From Thermoanaerobaculia bacterium (GTDB taxonomy: Bacteria > Acidobacteriota > Thermoanaerobaculia > Multivoradales > Multivoraceae), in the NCBI GenBank assembly GCA_963666565.1, contig OY762911.1, forward strand, positions 3,584,001 through 3,648,000: a stretch of 64,000 nt of DNA, given 5' to 3'. The translations under genes were made by a program, and so were the position numbers. Every line of letters starts with the position of its first letter. Within the stretch, counting starts at the first letter, position 1. Under the pieces are notes generated by a model, which worked only from the letters and a program-made list of their open reading frames with translations, had not been told where the DNA came from and did not search any database. Below are positions 1-9,406 of this stretch, piece by piece.

Positions 1-597
1 CATGCGGAGGGCTACGAGGTCAAGGGGCTGGCGTGGCCGGGCCGCGTGCGCAACTACGACGCCAACAGCCAGATGCCCACCGGTCGCCACAACGGCCGGA
101 GCATCTTCTACGTCTTCGGACGGTATCCGGCGGACTTGGAGCCGTACCCGGACCGCGGTGGCGGCCGTCAGTACCCGGTCATCGACTTGGTGATGTGCCA
201 TGGGAGCTTCCTGAACGCCGACCACGAGTACGTCCACAAGAACAAGAGCGTCAAGGGCTTCGGCACCTACGGCGACGTTCTCATCCGCGACCGCAAGATG
301 TACGTCGCACCGACGCCGTTCGCCCTGACCGAGGGGACGATGGGCCTCATGACGCTCATCGTCCCCGAGAAGATGGCGGCGCCCCACGGACTTCGAGAGG
401 TTGGCCGCCTCGCTCGCACCGAAGCCGCCGAGCTTGTCGTCGCCTACAGATTCGACCTGCGCACGAACGAACTCGCGGCCGAACGGGTACCCAATCCGCA
501 CGCCGACGCCGAGCACCGCTTCGTCGCGTACCGGCTCGACGGCCACGCGGCCAAGCGGGTGAGCATGGCGTCGCAAGCTGAGGGCGGCGGAATGTGA
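1..597 (+). CDS. Putative restriction endonuclease (PD-(D/E)xK-like), 5'-truncated by the window edge
   Basis: Frame +1 is open from base 1 (HAEGYEVKGLAWPGRVRNYDANSQ...). It has an E-V-K motif, and its stop overlaps the GTG start of a DNA methyltransferase (GTGA, 594-597). The family is inferred mainly from context. Confidence 0.5.
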   Translation, partial: HAEGYEVKGLAWPGRVRNYDANSQMPTGRHNGRSIFYVFGRYPADLEPYPDRGGGRQYPVIDLVMCHGSFLNADHEYVHKNKSVKGFGTYGDVLIRDRKMYVAPTPFALTEGTMGLMTLIVPEKMAAPHGLREVGRLARTEAAELVVAYRFDLRTNELAAERVPNPHADAEHRFVAYRLDGHAAKRVSMASQAEGGGM

Positions 598-2732
598 GCG
601 CGCCGTTGCTACAGGAACGCGAAGCGTCGAGCACCGGCAAGACGGCCCTTGAGGCGGGTTTCCCGATCCTTGAGATCAGCGAACTTGCGCAACAGGAAAG
701 CTGGCGAAAGGAGATCAACCGGCCGCTCTACCACATCCACAAGTGGTGGGCGACGCGACTGGGTTCCGTGTTTCGCGGGATCACCCTGGGCGCCCTCGCC
801 GACGAAGCGTCGGACATCTGGGAGGGCTTCTACAAGCGGCACGACCTGGCCGGCAAGGTAGTGCTCGACCCCTTCATGGGGAGCGGAACGACACTGGGCG
901 AAGCTCTCAAGCTCGGCGCCCGCGCCATCGGCTGCGACATCAATCCCGTCAGCACGTTCCTCGTGCGCCAAGCCTTCACCCGGGTTCCGGAACGAGAGCT
1001 CCTGGCTGCCTTCGCGGAACTCGAAGCGAACGTGGCGCCGCAGATCCGCCACTACTACCAGACGCGCGACCCGGCTACAGGCGAGACGATTCCCGTTCTC
1101 TACTTCTTCTGGTGCAAAACGGTGGAGACTCCAGGGGGCGAGGTTGTGCCCCTCTTCTCACGCTACGTCTTCGCGCGACACGCGTCGCCCAAGAAGCACC
1201 CCGATGCCCAGGTCGTTTGCCCGGCGTGCTGGCAGATCATCGAGAGCCGATACGACTCGACGTCCCTAGACTGCCGACACTGTGGGCACGGCTTCAACCC
1301 CCAGGACGGACCCGCGAACGGCCGGCACGTCACCGCGCCGGACGGTTCCCGATACAAGATCAAGGACCTTCTCGCGGCAGACGGGTCGCCGCCCGCTCAC
1401 AGGCTCTACGCGATGCTGGCGCTCCGCCCGAACGGCGAGAAGGTCTATCTCCCCACCCGCCCCGAAGACCGGGCGCTCTACACGGAAGCGGAGGCCCGGC
1501 TCGGCACGGAGGACCTCCCGCTTCCGACTCTCGCCGTCCGTTCCGGACACAACACGGCCCAGGCCCGCGGATACAACTACTTCCGCTGGCGCGACCTTTT
1601 CAACGCCAGACAGCTTCTCTGCCTCGGCTTGCTGCTGCGTGAGATCCTTCGCATCCAGGACCGTCGCGTGCAAGAGCAGATGCTCTGCCTGTTCTCCAGC
1701 ACGCTGGAGTTCAACAATCTCTTCTGCAGCTACAAGGGCGAGGGAACCGGCGCCGTGCGCCACATGTTCTCGCACCACATCCTCAAGCCGGAGCGAGTGC
1801 CGCTCGAGAACTCGGTCTGGGGGACCGACAAGAGCAGCGGCACGTTCAGAACCTTGTTCAAGTCCCGGCTGCTGCGCGCGAAACGCTACCTGGATGCGCC
1901 TTTCGAACTCGAGCTCCAGCGAAATCTGTTCGGCGAGCGCTGCGGAACCCGCAGGACTGTGGCCAGCGCCCCGTTGGACCCCTGCAGCGTGAGCACATGG
2001 GGAGATCTGCAGGATTCTGCGCAAGCGGTCATGATCCTGAACGGCGACAGCGCCTCCCTTCCGCTCCCGGACGCGTGCGTCGATGCCGTTGTCACGGACC
2101 CTCCGTACTTCGACTTCGTTCACTACAGCGAGCTGAGTGACTTCTTCTACGCTTGGCTGAGTCCCGCCCTCGCAGGCCGCTATTCGTGGATGAAGCGACT
2201 GGATTGCTCGGCTGCGGGCGAGGTGCAACACAAGGATCCCCGATCGTTCGCCCGCCAGCTCGGCGCTGTGTTCTCCGAGTGCCGCCGGGTGCTCAAACCC
2301 GAAGGCGTGCTGGCCTTCAGCTTCCATCACTCGCGGCCGGACGGCTGGGCGGCGATCTACGAGGCGGTCGAGAGTGCGGGCCTCGTCGTGGCGGCCTCCC
2401 ACCCGGTTCATGCCGAGCTTCGTGTATCGAGCCCCAAATCGGTGGCGAGGGATCCCATCAGTCTCGACGCCATCCTTGTCTGCAGGCGCCGGGACGGTTC
2501 TGCCCCGACGGGGGTCCGTGCCTGCTCGCCCTTGGATCGGGCCGAGGAACTCGCGGTCGAGTTCGCAGCGTCGAACGTGGCCGTGTCCCGCGGCGACAAG
2601 TTCGTGATCGCTGCCGCTCAGACGCTGATCGATGAAGGTCCGACTCGCCTCGCGTACGAGGAGGTCCTTGGTCGCCTGACCCGGCTTCGTGCTGAGATCA
2701 TGGCCGCGCCCCGTCCGGCGCCAGGCGCCTGA
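594..2732 (+). CDS. Amino (N6A/N4C) DNA methyltransferase with DUF1156-like N-terminus and Zn ribbon
   Basis: IHKWWATRLGS (DUF1156-type), SAM motif DPFMGSGTT, catalytic TDPPY, and CPAC...CRHC zinc ribbon. Confidence 0.88.
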   Translation: MSAPLLQEREASSTGKTALEAGFPILEISELAQQESWRKEINRPLYHIHKWWATRLGSVFRGITLGALADEASDIWEGFYKRHDLAGKVVLDPFMGSGTTLGEALKLGARAIGCDINPVSTFLVRQAFTRVPERELLAAFAELEANVAPQIRHYYQTRDPATGETIPVLYFFWCKTVETPGGEVVPLFSRYVFARHASPKKHPDAQVVCPACWQIIESRYDSTSLDCRHCGHGFNPQDGPANGRHVTAPDGSRYKIKDLLAADGSPPAHRLYAMLALRPNGEKVYLPTRPEDRALYTEAEARLGTEDLPLPTLAVRSGHNTAQARGYNYFRWRDLFNARQLLCLGLLLREILRIQDRRVQEQMLCLFSSTLEFNNLFCSYKGEGTGAVRHMFSHHILKPERVPLENSVWGTDKSSGTFRTLFKSRLLRAKRYLDAPFELELQRNLFGERCGTRRTVASAPLDPCSVSTWGDLQDSAQAVMILNGDSASLPLPDACVDAVVTDPPYFDFVHYSELSDFFYAWLSPALAGRYSWMKRLDCSAAGEVQHKDPRSFARQLGAVFSECRRVLKPEGVLAFSFHHSRPDGWAAIYEAVESAGLVVAASHPVHAELRVSSPKSVARDPISLDAILVCRRRDGSAPTGVRACSPLDRAEELAVEFAASNVAVSRGDKFVIAAAQTLIDEGPTRLAYEEVLGRLTRLRAEIMAAPRPAPGA

Positions 2733-2733
2733 C

Positions 2734-5367
2734 TCAGTTCCCGCTGCCCCAGCGGTACTGCAGCCTCGCGTAGTAGAAGCCGCCGTTCGTGTCGAAGGGC
2801 GCGCGCGTGCTGTAGACGTTTCCGATCACGGTCGGGTGCGGGTTGCGCTCGGTCGTGCCGTCCAGCGCGTTGCGGCCGCCGACGACGAGGCGGGTGCGGT
2901 CGTCGATGCGGATAGCGGCCTCCAGATCGACCAGGTAGGCGCCGCCGTAGGCCCAGTCGTCCCTGGGATCCCACCAGCCGTCGAAGTAGCCGGCCCGGCC
3001 GAGCAGTTCGACGCGGCCGATCTCCTGGCGAACGGCGGCCGTCCAGCGCAGGCCGGGAAGCGCGTCGCGCAGTTCGCGGATGCGGCGGGCGTCCAGGGTG
3101 GCCGGGTTGTAGTCCACGACCTCGGTGCGAGTCAGGTTGATCGCCAGGTCGAACGTGGTGTTCCCGCCGGCGGCCGGCGGCGTCCAGGACGCGACCAGGT
3201 CGACGCCCTCGGTGCGGCTCTCGAAGTCGTTGGCGAAGAAGCGGAAGTTGGCCAGGTTGGCGGCGCTGGTGATGCCCTCGGCCAGGAGCTGGTCGACCTC
3301 GTCCGGTTCCAGGGCGAAGAGCTGGGTCACGCCCAGGCGGTCGCTCAGGTCGATCCGGAACACGTCCGCGGTGAGCAGGAACGAGCCCCGCTCCAGGACC
3401 ATGCCGGCCGCCAGGTTGAGGGACTTCTCGGCGTCGAGCGCCTTGCCGCCGCGAAGCGCCGCCACCCGCGAGGTGGACGGGATGGTGCCGTTGTTGACCA
3501 GCTCCATCAGGTGGGGATCCCACTGCGTCGAGACGTTGAAGGCGTTCTGCTGGCCCGGCGTGGGCGCCCGGAAGCCGGTGCTGACGCTGCCCCGGAGCGC
3601 CAAGCCGGGGGCGACCGCCCGGCGGCCGGCGAGCTTGCCGTTGACCGTGGAGCCGAAGTCTTCGTAGTCCTCGTAGCGAACGGCGGCGCCGACGGTCCAG
3701 GAATGGTCCGGCGGGCCGTACTCCAGGTCGCCGTAGACGGCGGCGTTCGCGCGGTTCCAACTCCCGGCCGCGATCGGACTGAAGCCCGGAAACCCGTTCG
3801 AGCCCGAACTGAAGCCCTGCGCCGCGTAGGGACCGATGCGCCACGACGCGTCGTCGCCGAGGCCGATCTCAAACCCTTCGTTGCGCCATTCCAGCCCGGC
3901 CGCCAAGTGCAGCCGCTCGCTCAGGTTGCGCGCGAGGTCGACGTTCGCGCTCACTTCCTCCTGCAGGTAGTAGCCGGGGTCGAACGAAGTCGGCGTGTCC
4001 GGCCCCAGCGACGCGTTGACGCTGTCGTAGAGGAAGAAGTCGGCCTCGCTCGATCCCGCCGTGAGGCTCACGTCCCACGTCGTCCCGCCAGCCGTGTAGC
4101 CCCGCACCCCGGCGACCAGCGACCCGTCCGTCCGGTCGCCGCCGAACACCGGCTGGAAACCGCCGGGGAACATCTCCTGGAAGCTGAAGCAATTCGAATC
4201 CGCGAAGACGCGGGCGAGCGGCCCCTGGTCCGGCAGGCCGTTCGTCACCGAGACAGTCGGGCAGCCGGCCGACCCGTCGACGACGCCGTCGGCGGCGTCC
4301 AGGGCGTCGCCGATCAGCAGCGTCCTTCCGCCGTCGCCGCTGAACACGGCGTCCCGCGTGTTCGGGTTGCGGAAGAAGAAGTTGCGGCTGCCCACCCGCC
4401 GGCTGGCGTAGTTCGCGTGACCGTAGAACTGCGAGCCGCCGCCGCCCAGCGGCCGGCCGAAGTTCGCCCACAGCTTCAGGTCGTCCTCGACCTCGGGCGC
4501 GCCGAAGAGCTGCGCCGGGTCGGCGACGTGGGTGTTGCCGGCCGCGATCAGCAGCGCGGCGTCGGCGCGCTGGACGTTCCGGTTCGTCGGCTCGGCGCCG
4601 CCGTACTCCAGGCTCAGGTTGAGAAAGCCGGCCTCGCCCCAGGGCAAGCCGACGTTGCCGGCGAACGTCACCGACTCGCCGTCGCCCCGGCCATAGGCGC
4701 CGGTGAGCAGTTCGAAGGACCCGCCGGAACTCGCGTCCTTGAGCAGGAAGTTCATCACACCCGCGATCGCGTCCGATCCGTACTGCGCCGAAGCGCCGTC
4801 GCGCAGCACCTCGACCTGGCGCAGCGCGATCGCCGGAATCGACGACAGGTCCGGCCCTTGGGCGCCGTGCGACACGCCGATGCGCGACCACAGGATGACC
4901 GCGCCCCGGTGACGCCGCCTGCCGTTGACCAGCACCAGGGTGTGATCCGGCGCCAGACCCCGCAGGTTCGTCGGCCGCACGACGACCGCCGCGTCGCCGG
5001 AGGTCGCGCTGATGTTCAGCGAGGGCACGACGTTCCGCATCAGCATGTCCAGGTCCGTCTGGCCTTGGCTGGCCACGTCCTCCGCCGAGATGACATCGAC
5101 CGGCGCCATCGACTCGGTGACCGACCGCTGCCGGGCCCGGGTGCCGGTGACGACGATCTCCTCGTGGACGTGGTGCTCGTGATCGTGCTCCTCGGCCTCC
5201 TCGTGATCGTGGTCCTCGTGGTCGTCGCGTTCCTGGATCTCCGCGCCAGCCGGTTCGTCCCCCGCACCAGCCTGAGCCAACGCCCACGGCGACCCGAGCC
5301 CGGCCAGAAGCACCCCTGCCGCAGCCAATCGGACGACCAGAATCGGGAAAGAGGTGTCGCCAGTCAT
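2734..5367 (-). CDS. TonB-dependent receptor with His/Glu/Asp-rich N-terminal segment
   Basis: Signal peptide, EEIVVTGTR TonB-box region, plug motifs LRGLAPDHTLVLVNGRR and VEVLRDGASAQYGSDAIAGVMN, C-terminal YARLQYRW. Start placed at ATG 5367, not the ORF-track start, which lies inside a repeat. Confidence 0.93.
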   Translation of the reverse strand: MTGDTSFPILVVRLAAAGVLLAGLGSPWALAQAGAGDEPAGAEIQERDDHEDHDHEEAEEHDHEHHVHEEIVVTGTRARQRSVTESMAPVDVISAEDVASQGQTDLDMLMRNVVPSLNISATSGDAAVVVRPTNLRGLAPDHTLVLVNGRRRHRGAVILWSRIGVSHGAQGPDLSSIPAIALRQVEVLRDGASAQYGSDAIAGVMNFLLKDASSGGSFELLTGAYGRGDGESVTFAGNVGLPWGEAGFLNLSLEYGGAEPTNRNVQRADAALLIAAGNTHVADPAQLFGAPEVEDDLKLWANFGRPLGGGGSQFYGHANYASRRVGSRNFFFRNPNTRDAVFSGDGGRTLLIGDALDAADGVVDGSAGCPTVSVTNGLPDQGPLARVFADSNCFSFQEMFPGGFQPVFGGDRTDGSLVAGVRGYTAGGTTWDVSLTAGSSEADFFLYDSVNASLGPDTPTSFDPGYYLQEEVSANVDLARNLSERLHLAAGLEWRNEGFEIGLGDDASWRIGPYAAQGFSSGSNGFPGFSPIAAGSWNRANAAVYGDLEYGPPDHSWTVGAAVRYEDYEDFGSTVNGKLAGRRAVAPGLALRGSVSTGFRAPTPGQQNAFNVSTQWDPHLMELVNNGTIPSTSRVAALRGGKALDAEKSLNLAAGMVLERGSFLLTADVFRIDLSDRLGVTQLFALEPDEVDQLLAEGITSAANLANFRFFANDFESRTEGVDLVASWTPPAAGGNTTFDLAINLTRTEVVDYNPATLDARRIRELRDALPGLRWTAAVRQEIGRVELLGRAGYFDGWWDPRDDWAYGGAYLVDLEAAIRIDDRTRLVVGGRNALDGTTERNPHPTVIGNVYSTRAPFDTNGGFYYARLQYRWGSGN

Positions 5368-5451
5368 CCCCGAATCATAGACGGCAAGACGGAACTCGCA
5401 GTACTGGCACGCTCGCTTCGCCTCGACCGTCCGGCACGCCGGCGCCGTCCA

Positions 5452-5627
5452 GCCGGTCCGGGGGCCTGAGGGGAGGGTCCCGGCGGACTCGAAGCGAGCG
5501 ACGCCCGGCGCCACCTCAACAACCGACGCCCGACCGGAGCGAGCGGAGTGGAGCGAGCGCCAGCTTCACGTCTTCCGACCGAGCGCGAGCGGCCGCTGGG
5601 ATCCTCCCCTCAGGCCCCCGGACCGGC
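5452..5627. repeat. ~175-nt long-stem structured element, copy 1
   Basis: 35-nt inverted arms at 5452-5486 and 5593-5627; the only two mismatches are G-T pairs on the + strand. Homologous to 9204-9377. Confidence 0.85.
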
Positions 5628-5633
5628 GGGTGC

Positions 5634-6707
5634 TCAGTCGCCGCTAGCCGCCGGCCGCCGCTTCGGCTCGACCCCGGCCACCGCGATCAGCGACTCGACG
5701 CAGTCGCGCAGCGACTCGTCGAACGGTCGGAACGCGATGCCCGTGGCGGCCCGCATCCGGTCGTTGCGCAGTTCGACGCCGGCCCAGATGCCGCGCAGTT
5801 CCGCCTCCCGCTTCCGGATGTGCTCAGGATGGATCTCCGTGACCGCCGGCGTGTCGTGCCTCAGTTCCGGCAGCAGCCGGTCGATCCCGGCGGCGATCTC
5901 CTCCACCGGCACCGCGTCCGCCGACCAGGCGATGAAGCGCTCGCCGTTCCGCACGTCCACGCTCTCGAGCAGCCGGATGTGGCACTCCGCGTCGTCGCGC
6001 ACGTCCACCGTCATCCACGGCCGGTAGGCCTGGGTCTGCTTGCACTCGCCCAGCAGCATCAGTTCGATGTTGTGCTGCCAGGGCCCCTTCTCCTTCTGGT
6101 GCGCCGACAGGATGGGACCCACGTTGTCGCCCGGGCAGCAGGTGATCGCGTCCCAGCGTCCGCTCTTCCCGGCCGCGTCCGAGAACGCCTTCTGAGCGTA
6201 GATCTTGCTCATCGAGTAGCCGTGCCCCCGCTCCGGCGTCCGCTTCGGGTTCGACTCGTCCGGGTAGCGGTCCTCGTACAGAACCGGCCGGCGGACGAAC
6301 TCGTAGATGTCGGCCTCCATGATGACGGCGGCGATGCTCGACGTGACGACGACGCGAGTCACCGAACCGGACTTCTCGACGCTCCCCACGATGTGGTCGC
6401 AGACCCGCTTCACGTAGTCGAAGTCGTTGTAGTCGCTGACGTGGGCGATGTGGGCCACGCCTTGGCAACCGGCGAAGATCTCGTCGAAGCAGCCCGCCTC
6501 GTCCAGGTTCGCCGAGTGGAGCGTCAGCCGGCCCGAGGCGTAGCCCGGCATCTCGCGCAGGAAGGTCGTCTTATCCGGATCGTCCGCGTCGCGCACGCAG
6601 GCGCGCACCCGGTAGCCCTTGTCCAGCAGCAGCCGGACCGTCCAGCCGCCGACGAATCCGGCGCTGCCCGTCACGGCGACCGTGCCGCCCTTCGGTATCG
6701 GAGCCAT
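5634..6707 (-). CDS. NAD-dependent epimerase/dehydratase (aldehyde or dihydroflavonol reductase-like extended SDR)
   Basis: VAVTGSAGFVG Rossmann motif, VVTSSIAA, YSMSK (YxxxK), and RBS AAGGAG. Confidence 0.9.
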   Translation of the reverse strand: MAPIPKGGTVAVTGSAGFVGGWTVRLLLDKGYRVRACVRDADDPDKTTFLREMPGYASGRLTLHSANLDEAGCFDEIFAGCQGVAHIAHVSDYNDFDYVKRVCDHIVGSVEKSGSVTRVVVTSSIAAVIMEADIYEFVRRPVLYEDRYPDESNPKRTPERGHGYSMSKIYAQKAFSDAAGKSGRWDAITCCPGDNVGPILSAHQKEKGPWQHNIELMLLGECKQTQAYRPWMTVDVRDDAECHIRLLESVDVRNGERFIAWSADAVPVEEIAAGIDRLLPELRHDTPAVTEIHPEHIRKREAELRGIWAGVELRNDRMRAATGIAFRPFDESLRDCVESLIAVAGVEPKRRPAASGD

Positions 6708-6787
6708 CGCTCAATCTCCTTCGCGTCGTGCTCGCGCGACGATAGCCGACTCCGAACCTGCTAGCTTTGCGGGGAACCGAGCGGACC

Positions 6788-7345
6788 GTGAACACCGAAT
6801 CCGTCGACATGGTCGAGTGCGGCGACCGCGCATACGAACTGCGCCGCCTGCGACCGGAAGACCGCGACGACATCGTCGCCCTGGCCCGGGCGTTGCCCGA
6901 GGTCGACCTGCAGTTCCTGCGCTCGGACCTGACGGACCCGGACGTCGTGGAGGGATGGATCCACGACGCCGACACCGGCAGCCGCTTCACCACGCTCGCC
7001 CACTACCACGGGGAGCTCGTCGGCTACGGCAGCCTGAACCTGCGCGGCCTGCAGTGGATGAGCCACCTGGGCGAGATCCGCGTGATCATCGCCGAGGACC
7101 ATCGCCGGTGCGGGCTCGGCCACGTGCTGACCGAGCGCGTGTTCGAGACGGCGAGGGAACTCGGCCTGCTGAAGCTGGTCGCGCAGATGACGCGCGAGCA
7201 GATCGGCGCCCGCCGGGTATTCGAGCGGCTCGGGTTCTCGCCCGAGGCCCTGCTCACCGACTGGGTTATCGACCGCTCCGGCCGCACCCGCGACATGATG
7301 ATCATGTCCTACGACCTGGGCGCCGGGAAGCGGAGCCGCTCCTGA
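6788..7345 (+). CDS. GNAT family N-acetyltransferase
   Basis: HRRCGLGHVL acetyl-CoA motif A and FERLGF; start uncertain (GTG 6788 or ATG 6809). Confidence 0.85.
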   Translation: MNTESVDMVECGDRAYELRRLRPEDRDDIVALARALPEVDLQFLRSDLTDPDVVEGWIHDADTGSRFTTLAHYHGELVGYGSLNLRGLQWMSHLGEIRVIIAEDHRRCGLGHVLTERVFETARELGLLKLVAQMTREQIGARRVFERLGFSPEALLTDWVIDRSGRTRDMMIMSYDLGAGKRSRS

Positions 7346-8151
7346 GCCCCCGCAAGCGGCGGCGCATCCGCGTCGTGTCCTGGAACGTGAACGGGCTGCG
7401 CGCCGCCGGGCGCAAGGGCTTCCTCGACTGGCTCGGAAGCAGCCGGGCGCAGATCGTCGGCCTGCAGGAGACGAAGGCCCGCGCCGAGCAGCTCGCGCCG
7501 GAACTGCGCCGGCCGAAGCGCTGGCACACGGCCTTCCACTCCGCCGAACGGCCCGGCTACTCCGGCGTCGGCCTCTACTCGCGCCTCCGGCCGGCCTGGG
7601 TCCGCACTTCCCTCGGCGAACGTCGCTTCGACGCCGAGGGCCGCCTCCAGCTCGCCCTGTTCGGCCAACTGCTGGTGGCGAACGTCTACTTCCCGAAGGG
7701 CAGCGGCAGCAAGCGCGACAACAGCCGCGTACCCTACAAGCTGGACTTCTACCGCGCCCTCTTCGACCACCTGGAACAGGCCCGGCAGGCCGGCTACCGC
7801 GTCCTGGTCATGGGCGACTTCAACACGGCGCCGCAGCCGATCGACCTGGCGCGGCCCAAACAGAACCGGAAGCACTCGGGCTTCCTGCCCGAAGAGTGCG
7901 AGGAGCTCCAGCGCTGGCTCGACGCCGGCTGGATCGACACCTTCCGCTCGCTGCACCCCGACACGGTCCGCTACAGCTGGTGGCGGCAGGCCTTCAACGC
8001 CCGCGAACGGAACGTCGGCTGGCGGATCGACCTCGTGCTCGCCTCCGAAGCCGCCATGGAGTTCGTCGAGCGAGCCTTCATCCTGACCGGCGTCACCGGT
8101 TCGGACCATTGCCCGGTGGGCGTCGACCTGTCGGCCGAGGTGTTGTCGTGA
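7342..8151 (+). CDS. xth: Exodeoxyribonuclease III (AP endonuclease)
   Basis: SWNVNGLRA, LQETK, GYSGV, MGDFN, YSWW, GWRID and SDHCPV motifs. Start uncertain; an in-frame CTG overlaps the upstream stop. Confidence 0.93.
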   Translation: MSPRKRRRIRVVSWNVNGLRAAGRKGFLDWLGSSRAQIVGLQETKARAEQLAPELRRPKRWHTAFHSAERPGYSGVGLYSRLRPAWVRTSLGERRFDAEGRLQLALFGQLLVANVYFPKGSGSKRDNSRVPYKLDFYRALFDHLEQARQAGYRVLVMGDFNTAPQPIDLARPKQNRKHSGFLPEECEELQRWLDAGWIDTFRSLHPDTVRYSWWRQAFNARERNVGWRIDLVLASEAAMEFVERAFILTGVTGSDHCPVGVDLSAEVLS

Positions 8152-9074
8152 GCACGAACGCCGACGAAGGCGCCGGAGCACCCGGCGGCGGCCCGAGCCG
8201 GGCCACCACGGTCGAGGGCATCAAGCGGCGGATGGACGGCTTCGCCACCCGCGAGGGGGTGCGCCGAGGCCTCGACTTCCGCCCGCGGCCGACCGACGTC
8301 CTGATCGCCACCTACCCCAAGGCCGGCACGACCCTCATGCAGCAGATCGTCCATGGCCTCCGCACCGGCGGCGACATGGACTTCGACGAGATCACGGAGG
8401 TCGTGCCGTGGATCGAAGTCGCCCACGACATCGGCCTCGACCTGGACGCCCCCCAGCGCGCCGAGCCGCGAGCCTTCAAGACCCACCTGGCCCGCGACCT
8501 GGCCCCGCGGGGCGGCCGCAACATCTTCGTCGTCCGCGACCCGGTCGATTCGCTCGTCTCCTTCTTCCACTTCTTCAGCGGCTGGGTGTTCGAGCCCGGC
8601 GCCGTCTCGATGCGGGACTTCGCCCTCGACTTCGTCTTCCATGGCACCCGCAGCGGCCGCTACTGGGAGCACCTCGCGTCCTGGTGGCCGGAGCGCCTCG
8701 ATCCGGACACCCTCTGGCTGTGCTTCGAGGACATAGTCGCCGACCTTCCGGCCGTCGTCGCCCGCGTCGCCGCCTTCCTCGGTCTCGGCCCGGACCATCC
8801 GAACGTCGAGATCGCCGCCCGTCAGGCGACCATCGACTTCATGCGCCAGAACGGCCCGAAGTTCGACGACCACCTCGTCCGCGACGCCCGCAACGCCGCC
8901 TGCGGCCTCCCCTCCTCCGGCGTCACCTCGAAGGTCCGCAAGGGCAAGTCCGGCGAAGGCTTCCGGGAAGTACCGCAAGAGGTCATCCACGTCTGGAACC
9001 AGGAGTGGAAGCGCATCGTGGAACCGGCCACTGGGCATGGCTCGTATGCGGAACTCCGCAGCGCCATCGGGTAG
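8148..9074 (+). CDS. PAPS-dependent sulfotransferase
   Basis: TYPKAGTT 5'-PSB loop, FKTHL, RDPVDSLVS 3'-PB motif, RKGKSG; GTGA overlap with xth. Confidence 0.92.
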   Translation: MSTNADEGAGAPGGGPSRATTVEGIKRRMDGFATREGVRRGLDFRPRPTDVLIATYPKAGTTLMQQIVHGLRTGGDMDFDEITEVVPWIEVAHDIGLDLDAPQRAEPRAFKTHLARDLAPRGGRNIFVVRDPVDSLVSFFHFFSGWVFEPGAVSMRDFALDFVFHGTRSGRYWEHLASWWPERLDPDTLWLCFEDIVADLPAVVARVAAFLGLGPDHPNVEIAARQATIDFMRQNGPKFDDHLVRDARNAACGLPSSGVTSKVRKGKSGEGFREVPQEVIHVWNQEWKRIVEPATGHGSYAELRSAIG

Positions 9075-9090
9075 TCCGCACGTCCTGTTT

Positions 9091-9191
9091 CGTCGCCGGC
9101 CTCCGGCCGGCGGCCCGTTGTCCGGGCTGCGCCGCTCCACGGCTTCGCCCGTGGAGCGGGTCAGAAGACCCGCGCACCGACCCGCGCACCC
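9091..9191. repeat. REP-like family A unit (9156-9178) with partial element body and duplicated tail
   Basis: GCGGGTC-AGAA-GACCCGC-GCACC. The preceding ~65 nt match the reverse complement of 48781-48845. ACCCGCGCACC is repeated in tandem. Confidence 0.85.
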
Positions 9192-9203
9192 AGCGGATGT
9201 CCA

Positions 9204-9377
9204 GTCCGGCCGGTGAGCGGGGGGAGGGTCCCAGCGGGCTGGAGGCAAGTGACGCCCACCGCCTCTCCAACGACCGACGCCGACGTGAAACGCAGCCGAC
9301 CGAAGCGAGCGCTCAAGTACCCTCAACCCGGAAGGCGCGAGCGGCCGATGGGACCCTCCCCCGCTCACCGGCCGGGC
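9204..9377. repeat. ~175-nt long-stem structured element, copy 2
   Basis: Inverted arms at 9204-9237 and 9345-9377; internal blocks (GACGCCC, ACCGACGCC, AGCGAGCGC, GCGCGAGCGGCCG) are shared with copy 1. Confidence 0.85.
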
Positions 9378-9406
9378 GGGTGCTACCTCCGACGCCGTCG
9401 ACGCCG

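Noticed and set aside
5368-5633. Cobalamin or other riboswitch upstream of the TonB-dependent receptor
   Set aside because: No recognisable B12-box or other aptamer consensus; the space is occupied by the 175-nt repeat, which also occurs between convergent genes, and the gene looks leaderless
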